64,000 bases of DNA from an uncultured Desulfatitalea sp. (lineage in GTDB: Bacteria > Desulfobacterota > Desulfobacteria > Desulfobacterales > Desulfosarcinaceae): NCBI GenBank assembly GCA_963668675.2, contig CAXXMB010000001.1:1312001-1376000 (forward strand). The letters run 5' to 3'. The notes under the pieces are model-generated. The model searched no databases and was not told where the DNA came from. It saw only the letters and a program-made list of their open reading frames with translations. Within the stretch, counting starts at the first letter, position 1; each line of letters begins with the position of its first letter. The translations under genes and the position numbers were made by a program. Shown here in pieces: positions 1 through 10,765 of this stretch.

Positions 1-2184
1 GAGCTGGGCAACCAGGTAAAAAAGACACAGTCATTGGAGCTCGAACGAAACAAAGCGCGGGCCCAACTGGCAACCCTCAAAAAGATGGCCGCCAATTTCG
101 AATGGTACCGCGACGGCGTTAAAGCCGTCATGAAGGCGAGCCGCCCCCCAACAGAGGGGGATGCCGCCACCGAAGATACGCCCAGACATTTGGAGGGCAT
201 CATCGGCTTGATGGCCGAACTGATAGAACCTGCGGCCGGTTATGAAAATGCAGTAGAAGCTGTATTGGGTGAAGCACTGCAGTATGTTTTGGTCGAAAGC
301 CAACAGGCCGGCGTTGAAGCGATCGACTATCTGCAGAGTAGCGGCGCAGGCCGAAGCGGATTCGTACCGGTGTCTCGCATCAAGCCGCTCAGTGCCGATG
401 CTCAAGCGCAGCCCCCCGCGGAGCAGCGACTGCTCAACCATGTCTCTGTCGCCGAAGAGTTTCGTCCCATCGCCGAAGCGCTTCTTGGCCATGTTGCCGT
501 TGCGCCTTCACTGTCGGATGCTCTGTCACTGTTCAATCGCAATGGCCGCATCCAGAGCATTGTCACCCCAAACGGCGACGTGGTATCTCACCAGGGCGTC
601 CTGGTGGGCGGCAGCCAGGATCGGCTTGCGGGCATCCTGTCAAAAAAGATGGAATTGAAGGAGTTGGCCCTTCAGACCGAGGAGATCGAAAAAGATCTGA
701 CCGCTGCCCATGCCACATTGCAAGTATTGGAAAAGCGCGTCAGGGGGCTTGAGTCCGATCTCCAGCAAGCTATCGCAAACAGAAGCAATGCGGCTGAAGA
801 TGCCCTGACGGCGGAAAAGCATCTCTATCGGATAGGAGAAGACCTCAAGAATGCAAAACGCCACCAGGAGATCCTCGAACTGGAGCAGGAGCAACTGCTT
901 GGGGAGGAGAGCGACCTCGATGAAGAGATGGGCAAATACAACCAGGCCCTGTCCAGAATCGAGTCGGAGGTTCGCCAAATCAACGACCAGACCGCTGAAA
1001 ACACAAGGAAAACAAGTGGCGTTGCCGCCCAACTGGAATCCTACAACCAAAAAGTGGTGGATCTGAAACTCGAACTGACCGCCCTGCAGGCCAAACTTGA
1101 AAACGGTGCCAACACACTACAGCGCCTGAAGGAATTTGAACGGGACAGCCAGCTGCGCCTTGAACAGCTCAAAACCGATATCGCTCAGAAGAGAGAGAAG
1201 CACAGCAATGCACTCTCCGGCAGCGATTCCCATGAAGCTTCCCTTAAGCGCCTATACAGCGAACTCAAACAGCTCGAAGAGGTGATGGCCAGTAATGAGA
1301 CAGAGTATCACACCATCGATACCGCGCTGCAAGAAAGCGATGAAAAGCAGGAAGCTATTCGGTCCGAACGCGAAAAAATAGTGGAGAAGATGCGGCTCCT
1401 GGAACTCGACCTGTCCGAAAAGAGGGTCAGGCGCGACAATATCGCTGCCCGGGCACAAGAACGATACCACACCTCTATCGGCGACCTGAGAATGAAGGTG
1501 TCTCAGGAGAATGAGGTAAAAATGTCGCTGCCCGAGATGGAAAAGGAGGTCGAGAGACTGCGCAGCAAAATTGCCAGTATCGGCGATGTCAATCTTGGAG
1601 CCATCAAAGAGTATGAAGAGCTCACGGAGCGCTTTGAATTTCTCAGTGCCCAGAGAGATGACCTGGTCAAAGCGATAGAAGATTTGCACAAGGTGATCCG
1701 CAAGATAAACCGGATTACCCAGGAACGCTTCATCTCCACCTACGAACAGGTCAATGGCAAACTCAAGGAGGTCTTCCCCAAACTGTTTGAAGGGGGATCG
1801 GCACGACTGGAATTGACAGATCCCAGTAAGCCCCTGGAGACGGGCGTCGAGTACATGGTCCATCCGCCGGGCAAAAAGCTGACCCGCATGAGCCTGCTTT
1901 CAGGTGGAGAGAAAGCGCTCTCCGCCATCGCTTTTATCTTTGCCATTTTCCTGATAAGGCCAACATCGTTCTGCCTGCTGGATGAAATCGATGCGCCCCT
2001 GGATGAGGCCAACGTAGTTCGTTTCAACAACCTCATGCAGGTGATCGGTGAAAAATCACAAATCATCATGATCACCCACAACAAGAGAAGCATGGAGTTC
2101 GCGGAAATGCTGTTCGGTGTCACCATGGAACAGAAGGGCATTTCAAAAGTCGTCTCCGTAAATTTGCAGGGAAAGGCTGCCTGA
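1..2184 (+). CDS. smc: Chromosome segregation protein SMC (3' part; frame open from base 1)
   Basis: Hinge region, long coiled coil, C-terminal LSGGEK signature, Walker B LLDEIDAPLD and ITH H-loop; smc-ftsY synteny. Confidence 0.97.
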   Translation, partial: ELGNQVKKTQSLELERNKARAQLATLKKMAANFEWYRDGVKAVMKASRPPTEGDAATEDTPRHLEGIIGLMAELIEPAAGYENAVEAVLGEALQYVLVESQQAGVEAIDYLQSSGAGRSGFVPVSRIKPLSADAQAQPPAEQRLLNHVSVAEEFRPIAEALLGHVAVAPSLSDALSLFNRNGRIQSIVTPNGDVVSHQGVLVGGSQDRLAGILSKKMELKELALQTEEIEKDLTAAHATLQVLEKRVRGLESDLQQAIANRSNAAEDALTAEKHLYRIGEDLKNAKRHQEILELEQEQLLGEESDLDEEMGKYNQALSRIESEVRQINDQTAENTRKTSGVAAQLESYNQKVVDLKLELTALQAKLENGANTLQRLKEFERDSQLRLEQLKTDIAQKREKHSNALSGSDSHEASLKRLYSELKQLEEVMASNETEYHTIDTALQESDEKQEAIRSEREKIVEKMRLLELDLSEKRVRRDNIAARAQERYHTSIGDLRMKVSQENEVKMSLPEMEKEVERLRSKIASIGDVNLGAIKEYEELTERFEFLSAQRDDLVKAIEDLHKVIRKINRITQERFISTYEQVNGKLKEVFPKLFEGGSARLELTDPSKPLETGVEYMVHPPGKKLTRMSLLSGGEKALSAIAFIFAIFLIRPTSFCLLDEIDAPLDEANVVRFNNLMQVIGEKSQIIMITHNKRSMEFAEMLFGVTMEQKGISKVVSVNLQGKAA

Positions 2185-2202
2185 ACAAAGGCAGAAACGC
2201 AT

Positions 2203-3330
2203 ATGGCACTCTGGTTTAAAAAAAAGAGTAAGGCCGAAAGTAGCTCCGGCGAAGAAAAAATATCAGAAGGTAAAGAGACCATCGAAACTGTTTCGGAGCA
2301 GGCGTATCCGGAGCAACCTTCGGGATCTGTGGAGAGTGTGCTGGAATCCACTGCAGACGTCTTAGATGCCTCTTATCAAAAGGCGGACAGCGCTGAGCCA
2401 ACCGATAAACCCGCCAGCCAAAAACAGGGATTGTTTTCGCGGCTCAAACGCGGATTGGCCAAGACCAGAGAGATTCTCACCACCGATATCGAAGATGTCT
2501 TCGCCGGTAAAACGCAGATCGACGAAGAGATGTTGGAGGAGATCGAAGAGCTGCTGATCACATCGGATATCGGTGTCCAAACCACCATGGATCTGATGGA
2601 GACCATTTCGCGCAAGGCCAGAAAGATCAGCAGTCCCGATGAGTTGAAAGAGACGATTAAACAAGCCATCCTCTCTTTAATGGAGGATACGACGTCGCCG
2701 ACGGTGCCCAAACAGATGGGCAAACCGCATGTCATTATGGTCATCGGCGTCAACGGGGTGGGAAAAACGACGACCATCGGCAAACTGGCGGCACGCAGGG
2801 TTCTGGAGGGTGAGAAGGTGCTCATCGCAGCGGCTGACACCTTCCGCGCAGCAGCAGTCGAACAGTTGGCCATCTGGGCGGATCGCGCCGGAGCCGATTT
2901 CGTCCGACACAAGGAGAATGCAGACCCTGCCGCCGTTGCGTACGACGGGATGCAGGCCGCCATCGCCCGAGACATCGATACGGTTTTCATCGATACTGCC
3001 GGAAGACTTCACACCAAAGTCAACCTGATGGAGGAGTTGAAAAAAATTCAGCGCACCATCTCCAAAACAGCACCCCAAGCCCCCCATGAAATCATCCTTG
3101 TCTTGGATGCCACAACAGGCCAAAATGCGCTATCTCAAGCCAAACTGTTCCATGAATCGATTGGGATCACCGGGCTTGCGCTCACTAAGCTGGATGGTAC
3201 GGCCAAGGGTGGCATCGTGGTGAGCATTTGCCAGCAGCTCAAACTTCCCCTTCTGTATGTTGGTGTTGGCGAAGGGATCGATGATCTGCAAACATTCGAT
3301 CCCAATCAATTCGTCAACGCCCTTTTCTAG
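2203..3330 (+). CDS. ftsY: Signal recognition particle receptor FtsY
   Basis: Acidic N-terminus; GVNGVGKTTT, DTFRAAA, DTAGR and TKLDGTAKGG motifs. Confidence 0.97.
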   Translation: MALWFKKKSKAESSSGEEKISEGKETIETVSEQAYPEQPSGSVESVLESTADVLDASYQKADSAEPTDKPASQKQGLFSRLKRGLAKTREILTTDIEDVFAGKTQIDEEMLEEIEELLITSDIGVQTTMDLMETISRKARKISSPDELKETIKQAILSLMEDTTSPTVPKQMGKPHVIMVIGVNGVGKTTTIGKLAARRVLEGEKVLIAAADTFRAAAVEQLAIWADRAGADFVRHKENADPAAVAYDGMQAAIARDIDTVFIDTAGRLHTKVNLMEELKKIQRTISKTAPQAPHEIILVLDATTGQNALSQAKLFHESIGITGLALTKLDGTAKGGIVVSICQQLKLPLLYVGVGEGIDDLQTFDPNQFVNALF

Positions 3331-3394
3331 ATCCTTTGCCCGATGGGGTCTTTTATATTGACACCCTTTGCGAGGCTACTATATGAGGCATAGT

Positions 3395-3520
3395 TATTAA
3401 ACCGGCAATTAAATAGGCCAACCCTTGTCATCCCGGACTTGATCCGGGATCCGGGAACGGTCTGGATTCCGGCCTGCGCCGGAATGACGATTGCTAAGGT
3501 AATTAATTGCCGGGTTAATA
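3395..3520. repeat. MITE/REP-like palindromic element with 18-bp terminal inverted repeats
   Basis: TATTAAACCGGCAATTAA (3395-3412) and TTAATTGCCGGGTTAATA (3503-3520) are inverted with 1 mismatch. Inside is a GTCATCCCGG...GGATTCCGGCCTGCGCCGGAATGAC REP-type palindrome. Confidence 0.75.
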
Positions 3521-3565
3521 GCGGAATGTTTGGCAATCACACCTATTCAAGGGGGGAACAGCACC

Positions 3566-3838
3566 ATGACCAAGGCAGAAATCGTAGAAAAAATGGCCAA
3601 GGATGCAACCATTTCCAAAACAGCGGCTGCAGCTGCACTTAACTCCTTCATCACAACAGTGACCAAATCATTGAAGAAGAAAGACGGCAAGGTTACACTC
3701 GTTGGGTTTGGCACATTCGCCAAGGTTCGCCGAAAAGCAAGAAAAGGCCGTAACCCCCAAACCGGTGAAGTGATCAAAATCAAAGCCAGCAACGGAGTTA
3801 AATTCCGCGCTGGGAAAAAGCTCAAGGAAGCGATCTGA
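3566..3838 (+). CDS. hup: DNA-binding protein HU
   Basis: MTKAEIVEKMA...VTLVGFGTF...RKGRNPQTGEVIKI; start placed at the ATG after a G-rich SD. Confidence 0.95.
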   Translation: MTKAEIVEKMAKDATISKTAAAAALNSFITTVTKSLKKKDGKVTLVGFGTFAKVRRKARKGRNPQTGEVIKIKASNGVKFRAGKKLKEAI

Positions 3839-3917
3839 ACGATTTTCTTTTTGGGTAGAAAATGGTCGGATGTTTCGAGTTGATTCTATCCAGTGGATTT
3901 CGATATGCGAAATGATG

Positions 3918-3950
3918 AAAAGGCGGCAAGGCGGTGTCCGGCCGCTTTTT
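3918..3950. terminator. Probable bidirectional intrinsic terminator between convergent hup and acyP
   Basis: AAAAGGCGGC...GCCGCTTTTT stem with A and T tails. Confidence 0.5.
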
Positions 3951-4022
3951 CATTTGTATTGTTCCGTGCGTTGTGCTGCATCGACGTCTTGCGAGTCTAA
4001 GAACCGAAACGGGGCCAACCTG

Positions 4023-4304
4023 TCAACGCCGTATCCTGAAGCCGTCCATGTCCCCCACCCACGGCTGCCACGCCACTTGCACGTTGGAGACAGTGGCAAG
4101 TGGTGAGCCGTTGTGGCACCACTCAATAGCAGCATTGACCGCCTCAGCGTCACCTTCGAAAAGTGCCTCCACCGTACCGTCCGGCAGATTGCGAACCCAT
4201 CCGGCAACACCGATCCTCTGGGCAGCCCGCCGCGTTTCGTCTCTGAAAAAAACACCCTGCACTCGGCCGAATATGATCACATTCGCCCTTACGTTTTTTT
4301 CCAT
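4023..4304 (-). CDS. acyP: Acylphosphatase
   Basis: GRVQGVFFR and GWVRNLPDGTVE signature motifs. Confidence 0.95.
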   Translation of the reverse strand: MEKNVRANVIIFGRVQGVFFRDETRRAAQRIGVAGWVRNLPDGTVEALFEGDAEAVNAAIEWCHNGSPLATVSNVQVAWQPWVGDMDGFRIRR

Positions 4305-4355
4305 ATGCGCCCCCTTTTCAGCTCGAAGCTTCCGCATCGTTGCCTGCAGGGCAAC

Positions 4356-6197
4356 TCACACTTCGCTGTTGTGGCCTATGAGCTGATAGTACTCCTCTTC
4401 GGAAAGCCGTCGGATGCCCAATCGAGCCGCTTTGTCCAGCTTGGTTTGCCCCACCTTCTCTCCACAGACAAGCAGATCCGTCGCCTTATTGACAGCCGTC
4501 TGTACGGTGGCACCTAAACGCTGAGCTTCAGCCTTCATCGCGTCACGGCTTCCGCGCTGCATTTTTCCGGTAAATACGATCTTCTTGCCGGCCACCGGGC
4601 TTTGGATAAACTTCTCCTCCGCCGATAGAGGCGACCGCTCCAAATTGAACCCCAACGACATCAGGTGGAGAAAGGTGTCCCGCACCTCTTCCAGTCCCTG
4701 TGCAATGGCACTGCTGGTGATCGGGCCAAACCCGTCGATCTGTGCAATGCGGTCGGCGTCGATGCCGACCAGCTTGTCGATCTCTACCTGCCGAAGCAGT
4801 TTTCGGCTATCGCCTACCCCCAAGTCCGGCACACCCAGGGCGGCCAGAAAGCGCCAATCTTCAACCGATTTTGTTCTGCTGACCATGAGGGCCTGCATCA
4901 GATTTCGGGACTGCACCGGTCCGAATCCCATATCGACAAAGTCGGATTCCGCCATGGCGTATATCTTTTCGAGCGAGTCGTACCCCGCCTCCACAAGCTT
5001 TTCAATGGTTTTGATGCCGAACCAATCGGCGGTTCCCAGAACGCGAAACCAGTGACTGATGCGTTGCCTGGTCTGGGCCGGACAGTTCATATGGGTGCAA
5101 CGAAGGAAATCTCCCCTCCAAGTAAGCTCCAATCCGCAGGCCGGACAAAGCTGCGGCAGGGTAACCTCCTTTACGGGTTCAACGACCCTTTCCAGTTTCG
5201 GAATCACTTCTCCACTGCGAATGATTTCGATCTTCGCCCCAGGGCCGATCATCTGCTTTGCCACCATGCCTGCATGGTGAGCTGTGACCCGCCGAATCGT
5301 TGCTCCTGAGAGAGACACGGGTTCGACCTCCATCACCGGCGTCACGTTACCGGTACGTCCAACCTGCCAATGGATCTGGTTAACTGTGGTGACGCTGGTC
5401 TCCCCCCTGCTCTTTACGGCAATCTGCCAACGGTAGTGATGGGCCGTCGCCCCCATGTGCGCTTTGATTTCCGGGTTGTTTACCTCCACGACCAGACCAT
5501 CCACGGGATAGTCGACATCGGACAACACCTCCAGGCGAATCCGATCGAGCTCATCGAGCAGCCGTCGTCCATCTCCCTGCCAGGCGGGCAATTGATTGTA
5601 AGGGACAAATCTCACCTGCCCTTCAGCCAAGGCCTGCTGTGCGTCTTCATTCAAGGTGTCCGAAGAGATGATCCCCACCACCATGTTGCGCGGGTGTTCG
5701 AATCTATCCGCCATCTGCGCATCGAAGTAGGATTTGACAACCACGATCTCACCCAGGCCGTGCCCCCTGCCCCCCACGGGGACCACCCCTTTGTCGAAAG
5801 CGGTGCTGATGTCATACCCGACCAGTCCATTCCCCCGGCTGGCAAGCACCTGTCCATCGTCGCGTCCGGCTAGCCCATCAAGCTTGGGGGTCACCTTAAA
5901 CGTAACGCTATGGACGCCAATAATAACAGCCTCTTTCAAGACGCGGTTGACGAAGCGTTCAAGCTGATCCCGATCGTATGCCTTCTCCGTAGAGAGCATC
6001 GGTTCGGGATGACGAGCCTCCCGCCGTCCGGGAAGTGTTTCTGGCTCCACCTGCTTTAGGTATGGATGCTGCGGATCGAGCCCCCTCAACTTTTCTACCA
6101 GACGGTCGTAGGTGGCATCATCTACGAGGGGTTGACCACTTCGGTAAGCGTCATTGTATTTTTGAAGTAGGGCGGCAAGCTGTTCAGTATCGTCCAT
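4356..6197 (-). CDS. ligA: NAD-dependent DNA ligase
   Basis: KLDG adenylation motif, VGRTG OB-fold, CPAC zinc finger, HhH repeats, C-terminal BRCT (VFTGK...G..K..KA..LGI). Confidence 0.92.
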   Translation of the reverse strand: MDDTEQLAALLQKYNDAYRSGQPLVDDATYDRLVEKLRGLDPQHPYLKQVEPETLPGRREARHPEPMLSTEKAYDRDQLERFVNRVLKEAVIIGVHSVTFKVTPKLDGLAGRDDGQVLASRGNGLVGYDISTAFDKGVVPVGGRGHGLGEIVVVKSYFDAQMADRFEHPRNMVVGIISSDTLNEDAQQALAEGQVRFVPYNQLPAWQGDGRRLLDELDRIRLEVLSDVDYPVDGLVVEVNNPEIKAHMGATAHHYRWQIAVKSRGETSVTTVNQIHWQVGRTGNVTPVMEVEPVSLSGATIRRVTAHHAGMVAKQMIGPGAKIEIIRSGEVIPKLERVVEPVKEVTLPQLCPACGLELTWRGDFLRCTHMNCPAQTRQRISHWFRVLGTADWFGIKTIEKLVEAGYDSLEKIYAMAESDFVDMGFGPVQSRNLMQALMVSRTKSVEDWRFLAALGVPDLGVGDSRKLLRQVEIDKLVGIDADRIAQIDGFGPITSSAIAQGLEEVRDTFLHLMSLGFNLERSPLSAEEKFIQSPVAGKKIVFTGKMQRGSRDAMKAEAQRLGATVQTAVNKATDLLVCGEKVGQTKLDKAARLGIRRLSEEEYYQLIGHNSEV

Positions 6198-6229
6198 TTT
6201 GATATGAGTAAGGTTGCATGTTTTGGGGC

Positions 6230-6484
6230 TTAGGCCGGGCCGACCAGTTTTCCCATCTCATCTTTAATCTCATCGATGATGTCATAGAAGAACATCAGGT
6301 CCTCGATGGTCAACCGCCCAGCCTTGGCCGGTGCACGCTCAGTACCATCCTTTTTGAGCAATATTCTCGGACCGATCTGAACCTTGGCCTCTCCACCGTC
6401 ATACCGCTGAATGGAGACCATCAGGCCGGTCTCTTCGCAGCGCCACTTTTTTATCACTTCATCCTTATTGGGATCGTATGGCAT
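6230..6484 (-). CDS. Conserved hypothetical protein (84 aa)
   Basis: Clean ORF with AAGGAAGGAG SD, co-oriented within the glyS-ligA run. Confidence 0.75.
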   Translation of the reverse strand: MPYDPNKDEVIKKWRCEETGLMVSIQRYDGGEAKVQIGPRILLKKDGTERAPAKAGRLTIEDLMFFYDIIDEIKDEMGKLVGPA

Positions 6485-6566
6485 AGGGGCTCCTTCCTTT
6501 CAATATCGACACCCCGCTCGGCTACCGGCAATCACTGCCGGTCCCTGGCGTGGTTGGTTTCGTGTG

Positions 6567-8639
6567 TCAGGTCGCAATTTTTGAAAAATCGGCAATGCGA
6601 TTGAAGAGGTTCGCAATGGCATTCAGCAGCGCCAGGCGATTGCAGCGCAGCGCCTTGTCTTCACTCATAACCATGACGTCATCGAAAAACCGATCCACCG
6701 GCGTCCGCAAGGTGGCGATCTTCGTAAGAACGGAGGTCATGTCGCCAGCATCGAAACTGGCCGCTGTCTCCTGCTTTACGTTCAGGTAGGCCTCGTATAA
6801 GTCTCCCTCTGAAGCCTCTTGGAACAGAGCGGCATCCGGCGTTTCTGGAAAAGCATCTTCCGATTTGCGCAGAATGTTAACGGCTCGCTTGAAAGCCACG
6901 GCCAGAGGCTCGAAGTCGGAGGCGCCTTTGAGCTGCTGCAGTGCAGCGACCCGTTGCCACACATTGGGAATGTGATCCACGGATACGCTGGTTACGGCAG
7001 CAATGAGGTCTTTTGCAAAGCCCTCCTCGGCCAGCATATGGGCAATACGCTTTCGGATAAAGGCATAAACGGCGGCCTCCGTCTCGCTACGGTCGCTGGG
7101 AGAAAATGGATTCAGCGCCTTGGAAATAACCTGCTTTAATGAGAATTCGAGATTGTGTGCAAACACGATCTGAACGATGCCGATTCCCTGTCTTCGCAGT
7201 GCATAGGGATCAGAGGCACCGGTGGGGATCAGACCGACCGAAAAACAGCCGCAGATGGAGTCGAGTTTATCGGCAATGGCCAACAGGGCTCCGGTGCGCT
7301 TTTCAGGCAACGGCCCACCGGAGTAAGTCGGCCGATAGTGCTCTTCGATCGCTAAGGCCACATCTTCATCCTCTCCGGCCGCCTTTGCGTAGATCCGCCC
7401 CATCTTGCCTTGGAGTTCCGGGAACTCACCAACCACCTGGCAAACGAGATCGGCTTTGCACAGGTGGGCTGCCCGGGTCACAGAGGTCTGAATTTCGGGC
7501 GCTGCGACCCCGGCCAGATAGCCGGCCATCTGCTGCACCCGCTCAACCTTAGCACGCATGGTACCCAGCTTGGCCTGGAAAAGAACCCCGTCAAGCTGAT
7601 CGCACCACACCTCCATAGGTTGCTTCAGGTCGGCCCGGTAAAAGAACTGCGCATCGGACAAACGGGCGCGCAATACCCGTTCATGGCCTTTGGCGACCAA
7701 TGCCATGTCCTTGGTGCGCGTGTTGTTCACGGCCACAAAACACGGCATCAAATTTCCGTCCGCATCGTTGACGGCAAAGTACTTCTGATGCTCTCGCATG
7801 GAGGTGATTAAAATCTCACGTGGCAATTCAAGAAATTCATCATCAAAGCGGCCGCCGGTAGCGATAGGAATCTCGACCAGATTGGTTACGATATCGAGCA
7901 GCGCCTCATCCTCAACGATCGTGCCTCCCATCTTTCTGGCCGCAGCATCTACCTCATCGCGCACCATCTCTCTGCGCAGCCCGATCTCTACAATCACGTT
8001 CACTTTCCTGAGCGCTTCAACATATTCGTGCGCACTCTCAATCTTAACACGCTTGCGGTTCATGAACATGTGGCCGCATGCGTGGCGGCCGCTTTTCAGC
8101 CGCCCCCCTATCGTAAAGGGGATGACCGACGTTCCCAGCAGGGCGACGATGGTCTGAATCGGTCGGGCAAATGATATGGAGAGATCCGACCAGCGCATGG
8201 TTTTGGGAAATGGGATGTTTAGGATGATCTCAGGGAGCTTTTGTTTCAGGAAATTCTTGGTTGTGGTACCCTTATCCGTGACGGAGGCGCACAGGTAGCG
8301 CCCTTTCTCCGTCTCCACGATCTCCAGTCGCTCGGGCGCAAGCCCCACTTTTTCGGCAAACTTGCGGGCGGGTATGGTGAATCCACCCTTATCGTCAAAC
8401 GCAATCCGCTCGGGTGGCCCCATCACCTGTTCGGTCTGCGACCGCTGGCGCAGTGCCACCTCGTCGACCATCGCCACCAGGCGGCGCGGCGTGCCATGCG
8501 AGGCGACGGTGCCGTGGTCGATGCGGGCATCTGACAACACTTTGGACAAGGCGGTTGTCAAAGCATCCAGGGCGGGTTGAATGTATCCTGCGGGAATCTC
8601 TTCGGTCCCTATTTCAAGAAGCAAGCGTTCCATATACAC
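6567..8639 (-). CDS. glyS: Glycine--tRNA ligase beta subunit
   Basis: LLLEIGTEEIP, TPRRL, FPKTMRW, EFPELQG, DPYALRR, NRLALL. Confidence 0.97.
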   Translation of the reverse strand: MYMERLLLEIGTEEIPAGYIQPALDALTTALSKVLSDARIDHGTVASHGTPRRLVAMVDEVALRQRSQTEQVMGPPERIAFDDKGGFTIPARKFAEKVGLAPERLEIVETEKGRYLCASVTDKGTTTKNFLKQKLPEIILNIPFPKTMRWSDLSISFARPIQTIVALLGTSVIPFTIGGRLKSGRHACGHMFMNRKRVKIESAHEYVEALRKVNVIVEIGLRREMVRDEVDAAARKMGGTIVEDEALLDIVTNLVEIPIATGGRFDDEFLELPREILITSMREHQKYFAVNDADGNLMPCFVAVNNTRTKDMALVAKGHERVLRARLSDAQFFYRADLKQPMEVWCDQLDGVLFQAKLGTMRAKVERVQQMAGYLAGVAAPEIQTSVTRAAHLCKADLVCQVVGEFPELQGKMGRIYAKAAGEDEDVALAIEEHYRPTYSGGPLPEKRTGALLAIADKLDSICGCFSVGLIPTGASDPYALRRQGIGIVQIVFAHNLEFSLKQVISKALNPFSPSDRSETEAAVYAFIRKRIAHMLAEEGFAKDLIAAVTSVSVDHIPNVWQRVAALQQLKGASDFEPLAVAFKRAVNILRKSEDAFPETPDAALFQEASEGDLYEAYLNVKQETAASFDAGDMTSVLTKIATLRTPVDRFFDDVMVMSEDKALRCNRLALLNAIANLFNRIADFSKIAT

Positions 8640-8710
8640 CTCGATCCATCATAACGGCTTTTGGCATGCACAGTGGATTTCACAATCGCCACAGCGGTTC
8701 GAACACAGCG

Positions 8711-9580
8711 TTACTTCGGCAGCAGGGGAAACCCCATATCTTCTCGCTGTTTGAGATAGGCCTCAGCCGATGCACGGGCCAAATTGCGAATGCGCCCGAT
8801 GTAGCCAGTGCGTTCGGTGACGCTGATCGCGCCACGCGCATCTAGCAGGTTAAACGTGTGCGAGCATTTAAGGCAGTACTCATACGCCGGCAGAACCATG
8901 CCTTCAGCAGCGACGCGCTGGGACTCCGCCTCGTAAAGGTTGAACAGCGAAAGCAGCATCTTCACATCGGCCAACTCAAAATTATAGGTCGACTGCTCCA
9001 CTTCTTGCTGATGGTGGACATCGCCGTAAGTTGTTTTCTCATTCCACTGCAGATCGTAAACATTGTCCACACCCTGTAAGTACATGGTGATGCGCTCAAG
9101 GCCATAGGTCAATTCGACGGAGACAGGCGACAATTCGATACTGCCGGCTTGTTGGAAGTAGGTAAACTGGGTTATCTCCATGCCGTCGAGCCACACTTCC
9201 CAACCCAAACCGGAGGCCCCCAGGGTGGGCGATTCCCAATCATCTTCCACAAAGCGGATGTCGTGTTCGAGTGGATCGACGCCCAACACCTTCATGCTGT
9301 CGAGGTAGAGGCGCTGAACATCCTGTGGGGAGGGTTTCAAAATCACCTGGTACTGATAGTAGTGCTGCAACCGGTTGGGATTTTCACCGTAACGGCCGTC
9401 CGTAGGCCGCCGTGAAGGTTGGACATATGCCACATTCCACGGTTCGGGTCCCAATGCTTTGAGCAGGGTGGTCGGATGAAACGTCCCGGCACCGACCTCC
9501 AAATCGTAAGGCTGCACAAGAAGGCACCCTTTGCGTGCCCAGAACTTGTGCAGCGCTAAAATCACGTCCTGAAAATACAT
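8711..9580 (-). CDS. glyQ: Glycine--tRNA ligase alpha subunit
   Basis: [35 protein letters not shown]. Confidence 0.98.
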   Translation of the reverse strand: MYFQDVILALHKFWARKGCLLVQPYDLEVGAGTFHPTTLLKALGPEPWNVAYVQPSRRPTDGRYGENPNRLQHYYQYQVILKPSPQDVQRLYLDSMKVLGVDPLEHDIRFVEDDWESPTLGASGLGWEVWLDGMEITQFTYFQQAGSIELSPVSVELTYGLERITMYLQGVDNVYDLQWNEKTTYGDVHHQQEVEQSTYNFELADVKMLLSLFNLYEAESQRVAAEGMVLPAYEYCLKCSHTFNLLDARGAISVTERTGYIGRIRNLARASAEAYLKQREDMGFPLLPK

Positions 9581-9693
9581 CGTATTCCCCTTGCCTGGTT
9601 AAGGGCTCGTGCAAGAATGGGTTCACATTTCAGGCAAGCCCTAAGTTGTTTCGAATCCTAATGGTCGGCCTGTTTACCACCATTCCATATGAA

Positions 9694-10752
9694 TCACAAG
9701 ATGCCGTTGGCATCTATGCGAACATCCAGAAGGGTCGCCTCCGGTCTTTCATCAAGAATGGCCTGCCAATCGGATCGAAGCCTCTCGATCTGGGCAGGCA
9801 TCCCCAACGCCCAAATGCAACCACCACCGCCGGCGCCGGTGAAACGCGCGCCGCAATCAAGATCCCGGGCAGCGGCCACAAGCGTTCTCCCCATCGGTTC
9901 CAACACGCCGGGGGTCATACCGACCCTCAAGTCGGTCTCTGCATTCATGGCGTCGACGGCAAGGCGATAATCCCCATCGGATATAGATTCGATGAACTGC
10001 CGACTGTGGACGATGATCCGGCGCCACGTATCGCGCTGTCTCCCGGCCAGAAAATCGCGCACCCATGTTCCGTTGATATCCTTGGAGACATGGGGGACGC
10101 CGCAATAGGCAACAAGAATATGCTTGTTGAACATTGGATAGGCGTCGGCGGCAATAAGTTCTCTACGCTCGTAACTGCCCCCTTTGTCACCACTCTCCCA
10201 GAACCACCCGTTGATGCCGCCATAGACGGCTGCCAGATGATCCTGCAGACCACAAGGCACTCCGGCCACGCTCTGCTCTATGGCGTACGCCACGCGGGCC
10301 ACTTCTCCAGGATCGGGCAGGGGCCGTTCCTCGTCGGCCACCACCTTGCTCAAGGCCCATACCAGCGCTGCTGCTGCGACAGAAGATCCGCCCAGCGCGC
10401 TGCGCGGCGGAGAGGATGAATCGATCTGAATATGCACACCATCCGCATTGAAATAGGCGGCAATCGCCATCATAAGTCCCATCGAAGAGGAGAAAGGCGC
10501 CGTTTCACTCTCGACATCGATGGGGTCAAAGCCGCGGGAGCTGATTTTGATCCTCCCGTCAGTGTGCGGCAACAACCGTATCCGAGTTCGCATATCCAAG
10601 GCCGCATTGAAGGTGCATGGCGCCAGGTGACGCAGCGGCAGGTAGAATGTGCTCAAATCCAGGGTTCCGCCCATATCGAGACGACATGGGGCAGAGGTCT
10701 CCACAGGCTCATTATCCAAACATCTCCTGAAAAAACTCATAGCATGACTCAC
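9694..10752 (-). CDS. GHMP-family sugar kinase
   Basis: APCRLDMGGTLD, PPRSALGGSS, GLQD and GARFTGAGGGG motifs. Confidence 0.88.
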   Translation of the reverse strand: MSHAMSFFRRCLDNEPVETSAPCRLDMGGTLDLSTFYLPLRHLAPCTFNAALDMRTRIRLLPHTDGRIKISSRGFDPIDVESETAPFSSSMGLMMAIAAYFNADGVHIQIDSSSPPRSALGGSSVAAAALVWALSKVVADEERPLPDPGEVARVAYAIEQSVAGVPCGLQDHLAAVYGGINGWFWESGDKGGSYERRELIAADAYPMFNKHILVAYCGVPHVSKDINGTWVRDFLAGRQRDTWRRIIVHSRQFIESISDGDYRLAVDAMNAETDLRVGMTPGVLEPMGRTLVAAARDLDCGARFTGAGGGGCIWALGMPAQIERLRSDWQAILDERPEATLLDVRIDANGIL

Positions 10753-10765
10753 GGATTCCTGAGAA

